A program made the position numbers and the translations under genes. Shown here in pieces: positions 58,226 to 64,000 of a stretch of 64,000 nt of DNA. The stretch is taken from IMG/VR virus record IMGVR_UViG_2645727901_000008; one strand, written 5' to 3'. A model generated the notes under the pieces. That model searched no databases and was not told the origin of the DNA. It was given only the letters and a program-made list of their open reading frames with translations. This DNA comes from a virus. Lineage: Duplodnaviria; Heunggongvirae; Uroviricota; Caudoviricetes. How positions within the stretch are numbered: the stretch's first letter is position 1; each line of letters begins with the position of its first letter.

Positions 58226-59589
58226 TAATCATCCTCCGGCGGTTCTATCGCGATATCATCATCTCCGGCGTCATACCCTGCATCAGATACATCATAATCA
58301 CCGTAAATTTCAGCCGTTGCCGAAGGGTCAATATCCAGCTCTTCGTCGTTGGCCTCGAATTCTCCAGCTTTACGCTCGCCATTGCGGTCGTAATCTCCGC
58401 ACCCCAATTCTTCAACAATGGTTGCCACATCCGCCCGGCGCTCTGCCAGCCATTGCGGATGGTTAGCCTGAAGCGTTGCAAACTCCCTTGCCTCTTTGTC
58501 CAGCTGTTCATCATCAACATCATTGACGTCAGAAACAGGTGGTTCGAGAAGAGTGATAGCTTTCGCCGCGCGCGCCGCGAGGATAGCCGGGACGCTGACC
58601 CCCTGGCGCTCGATGTATTCAGCAACACCGATATCATCCAGTTCCTCGCGCTCACGCATACGTATAGCGGCGGCGATAACTCTGGCTGCGCGTGCGTCAG
58701 CGCCAATGCGATATTCAATCTCTTTGCCACGCTGTTCGGCCTGTAGGCGTGCTAATTCGAGTTTTTCTCTGGCCTCAGCCTCTTTGAATGCTTGCTGGCG
58801 AGCGCTCTGACGAAGCTTTTCATCCCCCTGTCGCAGCTTTTGTTCGGACTGATATATAGCTGCCAACCTACTGATAAAATCATTCATGTAGTAGGCCGCG
58901 TCACTGATTAGACCGAGAAGACGCTGCCCAGGGTGCATTCCTTCTGGCTCTTTATCGCCCAAGGCGTCTATTTCCGCCTGTAGGCGTTCGGCCTCCTGAT
59001 CAACAATGCTTTGATACTGAAGTGCGCGCTCTTGCGCCATTTGAATTGCTAACCGCAGGTGTTCTTCTGCGCCGTTCTTCATCATATCGCGAGCCACATT
59101 CGTAGTGGGCAATGTGGCACGCTGCACAGCACCGTCAGGGATCATTGCAGAAGATCCCTCAATTTTTGGGGCGCTTTTATCTTCTTCGGGGATCATTTTC
59201 GCCATTTTTTCGCGCAATGATCTCCTGACAGATTCTTTTATCTCATTGTTATTATTTGCATTATTTTCATGATCCGAAGTTTTCTTTCTCGGCATACTTC
59301 GGAAAGAACCTGCGCCCTGCGAATTGTCAATTTCTGTAAATTTTGTTTTTTCTGCACCCTCTTCCAGCTTTTTTGTTGCTCTTCCCGCCCGTTTTTTTTC
59401 AGGTGATTTGGTGCTTTTTTTTGTTGTCTTTACCTGCGACCGCACCTCATTTTTTTTCATATTGAGATGCTTTCTGGCTGTATTGAAGCTAAGGCCATGC
59501 TCCTCACAGTATTCCTTTACAGTGATCCCTTTTTCTTCACGCAACGCTATAAAGCGGGCGCGGTGCTCCTCCCAATTAACCAGACTCAT
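58225..59589 (-). CDS. pacA: Terminase small/pac-recognition subunit (PacA-like)
   Basis: 454 aa, N-terminal HTH-like region, charged coiled-coil middle, acidic C-terminus; contains a GATC cluster. Confidence 0.7.
   Translation of the reverse strand: MSLVNWEEHRARFIALREEKGITVKEYCEEHGLSFNTARKHLNMKKNEVRSQVKTTKKSTKSPEKKRAGRATKKLEEGAEKTKFTEIDNSQGAGSFRSMPRKKTSDHENNANNNNEIKESVRRSLREKMAKMIPEEDKSAPKIEGSSAMIPDGAVQRATLPTTNVARDMMKNGAEEHLRLAIQMAQERALQYQSIVDQEAERLQAEIDALGDKEPEGMHPGQRLLGLISDAAYYMNDFISRLAAIYQSEQKLRQGDEKLRQSARQQAFKEAEAREKLELARLQAEQRGKEIEYRIGADARAARVIAAAIRMREREELDDIGVAEYIERQGVSVPAILAARAAKAITLLEPPVSDVNDVDDEQLDKEAREFATLQANHPQWLAERRADVATIVEELGCGDYDRNGERKAGEFEANDEELDIDPSATAEIYGDYDVSDAGYDAGDDDIAIEPPEDD
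59139..59275. other. Candidate pac site: cluster of five GATC-containing hexamers inside pacA
   Basis: GATC at 59140, 59153, 59191, 59219, 59271 within about 135 bp; P1 pac is a Dam-methylated hexamer cluster inside pacA. Confidence 0.35.
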
Positions 59590-59978
59590 AAAGCAACACC
59601 ACGCTTTTTAACGGCGGCATTCCACAGCTTATTCGCCATGTCCACCAGCTCTCGTTGCTCTTTTCGCGCCTGTTCGACTGATTTCCTGCTACAGTTTTTA
59701 ACCAGTAAGCTACCGTATTCAGGCGTGCGCCCGCGCACCTTGAACTGATATCCGTTCAGACCATGTAGCCAATATTTTCGTGGATACACACGATCATCCA
59801 GCTCACAGATTGCCCTGCTTGAACGAACAAAATGACGAATGATGTTAGTTACACTTACTCGTGAAACATGGAGATGAGGGTATTTTTCTTTGGCGAGAGT
59901 GGTAATTTCAGTGACTGTCAGATAGCAGTCAGCCCTGATCATGATATCCGCAATTTCTGCGCTGCTGATTTGTTCCAT
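59586..59978 (-). CDS. Small protein upstream of pacA (Lpa-like position)
   Basis: 130-aa ORF overlapping pacA start; operator-like motif upstream; product from position only. Confidence 0.35.
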   Translation of the reverse strand: MEQISSAEIADIMIRADCYLTVTEITTLAKEKYPHLHVSRVSVTNIIRHFVRSSRAICELDDRVYPRKYWLHGLNGYQFKVRGRTPEYGSLLVKNCSRKSVEQARKEQRELVDMANKLWNAAVKKRGVAL

Positions 59979-60054
59979 TAATCCCCCGGGCAGGAAATGA
60001 CCGAGGGGATGATAATGAGAATGTTAAAACTGTATAGACTGGTAAAAAGATGAT

Positions 60055-60071
60055 TATATTAGAAAATTAAT
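60055..60071. promoter_or_regulatory. Operator-like motif, weaker copy (tattagaaaattaat)
   Basis: Partial TTTTCTAA family member between 59978 and 60087. Confidence 0.3.
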
Positions 60072-60086
60072 ATTAAATACCTAACG

Positions 60087-60479
60087 CTACCAGCGAGACA
60101 AACGAACAACATGTTTCACTTTTGCGATCCACTTTCCGCGATAACTATTGATTACGGCCTGTGCCAGCTTCAAATTGGCTTCAAAATCAGCCTTACTACC
60201 ATCAGACTCCACCAGCATTCCTCCATCTATTTCTGGTAAACATAGATAATCCTGCTCAACCTGCAGCGGCATTGATGGCTCTCTGAATGGCGTTACTTGC
60301 TCTGCTTTCCAGCGAAATCTAACCCTCATCCCCCTGGTGGTCATTACTAGATAGCCTGTTATAGTGCTTTTATGGCCCACATCAGTACGCGTGGCATTGC
60401 ATGACACGATCTTACAGTTAGCGATAGACCACTCCATATTGGTGGCCTGTTGAGTGCTTAATTTGGTAGTCCCGTACAT
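60087..60479 (-). CDS. Hypothetical protein
   Basis: 130-aa ORF. Confidence 0.5.
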   Translation of the reverse strand: MYGTTKLSTQQATNMEWSIANCKIVSCNATRTDVGHKSTITGYLVMTTRGMRVRFRWKAEQVTPFREPSMPLQVEQDYLCLPEIDGGMLVESDGSKADFEANLKLAQAVINSYRGKWIAKVKHVVRLSRW

Positions 60480-61054
60480 CAGAAAGCCTCCCAGTCAGTC
60501 GCGATAATATCCACACCAGTTGCAAACCAGTCTGTCTGCGCCTGTAAATCACCATTCATCATTACCAGGCGAGGCATCACCATCACATCGCACCCTTCCA
60601 CAATATCGAATGCCTCTTCCGGCAAGAATTCGAAGAGCTTTTCTTTGCTGCCAATGCTGCCACGGAACATCGATATATAGCTCCCTTTAGGCCATGATGT
60701 CCGCCGGGCATCAAGCCCTTTCATCATCCAGTAAAAAGCCGAGGAAAAAGGGATATTCTTTTTGCCAATGATTACATTATTCGCTTCTGTGTACTTCAGG
60801 AACTTAACTAACCTTACCATTGACTCGGATAACGCAACGTATGGCTCATGATTGATTGCTGACACGCTTACACCGTGCAATCCAACGCTTACCACTGTCA
60901 TATCGCCGCTTTGTGCGGTTTCGATATTGACGCCTTTGCGAACTAATGAGGCGTAAAGTTCCTCTCGCTTTTGGGTCCAGCGTTCACGCTTCCCTATGAA
61001 GTCACTCAAAATGAGATCTTCTTCTGCATATGCGTTATCGTTCGCCATTAACAT
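60479..61054 (-). CDS. Protein with C-terminal DUF2829-like domain (second copy)
   Basis: FSSAFYWMMKGLDARRTSWPKGSYISM...VDIIATDWEAF parallels the DUF2829-like region of 52167..52844. Confidence 0.45.
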   Translation of the reverse strand: MLMANDNAYAEEDLILSDFIGKRERWTQKREELYASLVRKGVNIETAQSGDMTVVSVGLHGVSVSAINHEPYVALSESMVRLVKFLKYTEANNVIIGKKNIPFSSAFYWMMKGLDARRTSWPKGSYISMFRGSIGSKEKLFEFLPEEAFDIVEGCDVMVMPRLVMMNGDLQAQTDWFATGVDIIATDWEAF

Positions 61055-61508
61055 AACGTCTCCTTTTTTACACGCGCGACTATCCCCCGGAAGTACCGGT
61101 AGTGATGTCGTAACTTCGTATTAATTAAGGGGTACAGCCTGAGCGGCTATATGATGAATTGAAAGGAGTTGTGGCGGTGGTGCCTCCACCTGCCAGGTTA
61201 GCCACTCCCGGCGACGTCACTTATCAGAACGTAGTGAATGAAAATGGCTTCGTCACGAGCGCATAGCCGCAATTACCACAACGGAAACGGCGCTCACGCT
61301 AATTAAACGCCTTTTCCTGTTGTGCGCCGTACTCTTCCGGCTGTCACACCGAATCGCCAGGATGGTGAGTCCTCGGTCCGACGATATGAACGGGGCTTGC
61401 ACATTCCGGCTACCTGGTTTGTTGCCTGAGCTAGGGGAAAAGGTAACCCCTTTAACGTCACCAGACCGCTAACGACGCATGTGCCATACGCCGTGTTACA
61501 ACCAAATA

Positions 61509-61584
61509 TGGTGGCCCCTACCGGACTTGAACCGGTGACCGTGCGATTATGAGTCGCCAGCTCTAACCACTGAGCTAAAGGGCC
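61509..61584 (-). tRNA. tRNA with CAU anticodon (tRNA-Ile2-like; Met not excluded)
   Basis: Minus-strand GGCCCTTTAGCTCAGTGGTTAGAGC...CTCATAA...GGTTCAAGTCC...GGGGCCACCA; close to E. coli ileX as recalled; CCA encoded. Confidence 0.85.
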
Positions 61585-61594
61585 AATTAGTGTT

Positions 61595-61705
61595 TTATTT
61601 TCGACGCCTGAGATTCTTCGCGACTTGTTCTACGCCGTATACGATCACAAGTAGAAACAGCAAAAACCATCCAGGGTTCTTATCGATATACGTCCAAAAA
61701 TCCAT
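61595..61705 (-). CDS. Possible 36-aa membrane peptide
   Basis: MDFWTYIDKNPGWFLLFLLVIVYGVEQVAKNLRRRK; start overlaps upstream stop (TGATG). Confidence 0.3.
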   Translation of the reverse strand: MDFWTYIDKNPGWFLLFLLVIVYGVEQVAKNLRRRK

Positions 61706-61869
61706 CATGAGTTCCTGAACGCACCTTCAATAATCGGCAATAGCAATACCACAGCTACTGAAACTAATGCCCCATCAGCCAACACCGACATCACTTTGCT
61801 GGTGAAATCCACCAGTACGGACAAAACGAGAAAGCCAATGGCGCCCGCAATACGCGCCTTGCCAATCAT
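61705..61869 (-). CDS. Possible 54-aa membrane peptide
   Basis: MIGKARIAGAIGFLVLSVLVDF...; ATG overlaps the TerB-like stop (TAATG). Confidence 0.35.
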   Translation of the reverse strand: MIGKARIAGAIGFLVLSVLVDFTSKVMSVLADGALVSVAVVLLLPIIEGAFRNS

Positions 61870-62303
61870 TACAGATAATCTTCCACACGAAGGCCAAGAC
61901 GGCGACCAACCTCTTCCAGAACCTTATGCTCCGCAGGTTCGATTTCACCATCTGCTTCAGCGATCGTGAGCATGTTCACGAAGACTTCTTCCGCTTCTTT
62001 GGGATCGTTTTTGATATCTTCAATTTCGCGGAGGATATTCATGCGACCAACACGGAAACCAGCTTCCAGTTGCTCAGTAAAACGGGTGATTGTTGCGGTA
62101 ATTTCGTTGCCAAAATGACTTAAGCGAGGATTAGAGCGGACAAGCTGATCAAGTTTCGCTGTTTCTTCCTTTTCGATTTCACCATCTGCGGCAGACACCA
62201 GCAAACAGCCACCGATGATGGCCTCCATCAGATCGCGATTCTCAACCCTTTTCAGCTCTACTTTTGCTGAAGCGACTTTCTTACCGAAAAATTTACCGAA
62301 CAT
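61869..62303 (-). CDS. TerB-like (tellurite-resistance family) protein
   Basis: Repeated ADGEIE-type motifs (SAADGEIEKEE; AEADGEIEPAE); likely start MFGKFFGKK at 62303. Confidence 0.6.
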   Translation of the reverse strand: MFGKFFGKKVASAKVELKRVENRDLMEAIIGGCLLVSAADGEIEKEETAKLDQLVRSNPRLSHFGNEITATITRFTEQLEAGFRVGRMNILREIEDIKNDPKEAEEVFVNMLTIAEADGEIEPAEHKVLEEVGRRLGLRVEDYL

Positions 62304-62570
62304 TGGTTTTCCCTCAATAAACATGACGTATTTATTAGGTTGCGGTGCCTGGTGCCTCCAGGTGACGTTAACCAGTTAACAATTAACGCCGGGATTTTTG
62401 TCTTCACAATTAAGGAGGATTGTTTTAACTGTTCCGCGTGCGCTTAGCCGCATTCACCGCAATGGTAAGAGCACTTGGCTGGCTGGGCGGCGATGACGCC
62501 TGTACGCATTTGGTGAACCGGTTCTGCTTCCGGCATTCGCTTAATTAGCCAAATACTCTTAACGTTGCAC

Positions 62571-62657
62571 TGGCGGAGAGTAATGGAATCGAACCATCAT
62601 CGCTTGCGCAATGGGACGGTTTTCAAGACCGCTTGAGCACCATGCTCCCTACTCTCC
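62571..62657 (-). tRNA. Class-II tRNA-like gene, anticodon UGA (tRNA-Ser-like), atypical D-arm
   Basis: 7-bp acceptor stem (GGAGAGT/ACTCTCC) + G + CCA, anticodon arm GGTCTTGAAAACCG as in E. coli tRNA-Ser(UGA), T-loop TTCGATT, long variable region. Confidence 0.5.
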
Positions 62658-62793
62658 CGTTATTGTGGCGACCGGTGCTGATCTCCGGCTTGCGGTTATT
62701 TCAGACTCTCACGGGCGTTTAATTGCCCCGCCGAACAGCTCTTTTCCGCAATAGCTGCAATGTCTTTCGCGCATCAGCCTGCGCATTCACCAC

Positions 62794-62881
62794 AATGTTG
62801 AGAACACTGGTTGTCACGCTGCAACGCAACATTTATTCGTAGATTGGGATATGACCCCGTTACGCCAGTGTTCTCAACGTT
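62794..62881. repeat. Inverted repeat (aatgttgagaacactgg ... ccagtgttctcaacgtt), 16/17 match, about 55-bp spacer
   Basis: Read directly from sequence. Confidence 0.5.
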
Positions 62882-63030
62882 GTAGTGCCGGTTACGGTTC
62901 CGGCCAGGCCTCTTCCTCAACGGGTTGTTCTCCATACGGACTACCGTTTATTGGTCGTTCCTGCGGTTTATGTTGTGAAGCCAGATGCTTATCTTCTGGT
63001 TGCTTCAAAGAGCTGCACTTCATCACAACG

Positions 63031-63100
63031 GTAAGGGTACTTCGTAGGGATTCGAACCCTCTGCCAAGCACGGCGATCTCCGACGTCGCAAAATACCCTT
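63031..63100 (-). ncRNA. Truncated tRNA-like element flanked by a 10-bp inverted repeat
   Basis: Canonical T-arm (GGGTTCGAATCCC) and acceptor-like stem, D-arm-like hairpin, no anticodon arm of normal length; ggtaagggta/tacccttacc terminal inverted repeat. Confidence 0.3.
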
Positions 63101-63111
63101 ACCTGTTGCGT

Positions 63112-63187
63112 TGGTGCCGATTAACGGGATCGAACCGCTGACCATTCGCTTACAAAGCGACTGCTCTACCAACTGAGCTAAACCGGC
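63112..63187 (-). tRNA. tRNA-Thr (anticodon UGU)
   Basis: Minus-strand GCCGGTT-TA-GCTCAGTTGGTAGAGC-...TTTGTAA...GGTTCGATCC...AATCGGC-A-CCA cloverleaf. Confidence 0.85.
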
Positions 63188-63191
63188 AATT

Positions 63192-63278
63192 TGGTGGGGA
63201 GTGATGGAGTCGAACCACCCGAGTCGCAATGACAGTAGATTTACAGTCTACCCCGCTACCCCTACGGACTAACTCCCC
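63192..63278 (-). tRNA. tRNA-Tyr-like (anticodon GUA, class II)
   Basis: Acceptor GGGGAGT/ACTCCCC + A + CCA; anticodon arm TAGACTGTAAATCTACTGTCAT nearly identical to E. coli tRNA-Tyr; D-arm irregular. Confidence 0.6.
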
Positions 63279-63283
63279 TAAAG

Positions 63284-63360
63284 TGGCGATGGTGGGTGGA
63301 TTCGAACCACCGACCGACAGCTTAGAAGGCTGCTGCTCTATCCTACTGAGCTACACCATC
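63284..63360 (-). tRNA. tRNA-Arg (anticodon UCU)
   Basis: GATGGTG-TA-GCTC-AGTAGGATA-GAGC-A-GCAGC-CTTCTAA-GCTGT-CGGTC-GGTGG-TTCGAAT-CCACC-CACCATC-G-CCA. Confidence 0.85.
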
Positions 63361-63863
63361 ACTTGCCGGGTACGTCTCCGGCGAGGGCTTCCACCTCCGT
63401 ATGCTTTTCGGCGCACCGCGCCCTGGCTGCAATTCAGTAACAGGGGATGCATAACCCTGGCTTCCAGCGTGATTAGCGCCTTCAGCATGACGGGATATAC
63501 CCGTAACCAACAAACTTTCCCATATACCATCAAACAATGGCTGTTACGCGGGAGGGACGTAACAGGTAAGGGCGCTGACCAGAAAGACCTGACCCTTCTC
63601 ATTCATCTGGTTAATCACACCAGCGCCCTTGCCTGTTATGTCTCCCCGTTCCCTAATACACAGACGGGGACACTCTGCGGTCGATTTTTTGACGGGGGAC
63701 GACTCATACCCCGTGGCGTCTGGCTTCTTAGGCCGCTACCATCATCAGATCATCGTTTGCATTTACTTTAATGGTCGGTTTCTAAACCGCCGCAAAGCCG
63801 CTAACCATGACGAAAACCCTAAAAAAGCCCACCCGAAGATGGGCAAATACGCTACATCTCACA

Positions 63864-63942
63864 CAAGAAAGAAGCCGACTGCCTGAGCTGGATTCACTTT
63901 CAAATGCCCGCAGAAAGGGAACACAAGTCGGCTTCTTTCTTG
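63864..63942. repeat. Perfect 17-bp inverted repeat (caagaaagaagccgact ... agtcggcttctttcttg) enclosing 45 bp
   Basis: Read directly from sequence; non-coding region near window end. Confidence 0.5.
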
Positions 63943-64000
63943 ATGCGGCACTCTCTCCGCCCGTCACCGTTCTGTCTCGGTTGTCGCGTTTGCCACGCCA

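Noticed and set aside
61111-61123. Sequence GTAACTTCGTATT closely matching one arm of loxP
   Set aside because: Only a single arm is present; no inverted partner arm after an 8-bp spacer, so it is not a functional lox site (at most a relic half-site).
63031-63100. Truncated tRNA-like element as a phage attachment site inside a host tRNA
   Set aside because: It lies inside a cluster of intact phage-encoded tRNAs, no integrase is adjacent, and no matching direct repeat was found elsewhere in the window; kept only as a tRNA-like feature of uncertain nature.
1-64000. Insertion sequences or transposons
   Set aside because: No transposase-like ORF and no terminal inverted repeats flanking a transposase were recognised; the AT-rich cargo regions lack IS hallmarks.

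Overview
This window reads as a segment of a P1-like temperate phage-plasmid from an enterobacterial host (LexA box present; one tRNA closely resembles E. coli tRNA-Ile2). All calls are from reading the sequence and ORF track by eye against remembered protein families; no search or computation was run. Best supported: a phd-doc addiction module and humD behind a LexA box; a divergent Cre-family recombinase with a lox-like 13-8-13 site about 150 bp upstream; ref (HNH) and pacA/pacB terminase genes; adjacent Dcm-like and Dam-like methyltransferase ORFs; a Rep_3-type iteron replicon; two adjacent partition cassettes (parMR and a small parA with RHH partner); higBA; a cluster of at least four tRNA genes. 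Myovirus structural genes are present (tail fiber with P2-H/P1-S-type repeats, a large Sit-like virion protein, baseplate spike, PAAR-like protein), but most structural product names rest on size and position only. The most interesting region is an AT-rich cargo island (about 30-37 kb) carrying a three-gene operon that ends in a dCTP-deaminase-family protein preceded by an HExxH metallopeptidase-like protein, plus a membrane/coiled-coil protein and two secreted proteins; this is a candidate undescribed defence or abortive-infection module, by inference only. A recurrent operator-like motif (core TTTTCTAACA) sits in at least seven intergenic promoter regions. No CRISPR array, transposase or IS element was recognised.
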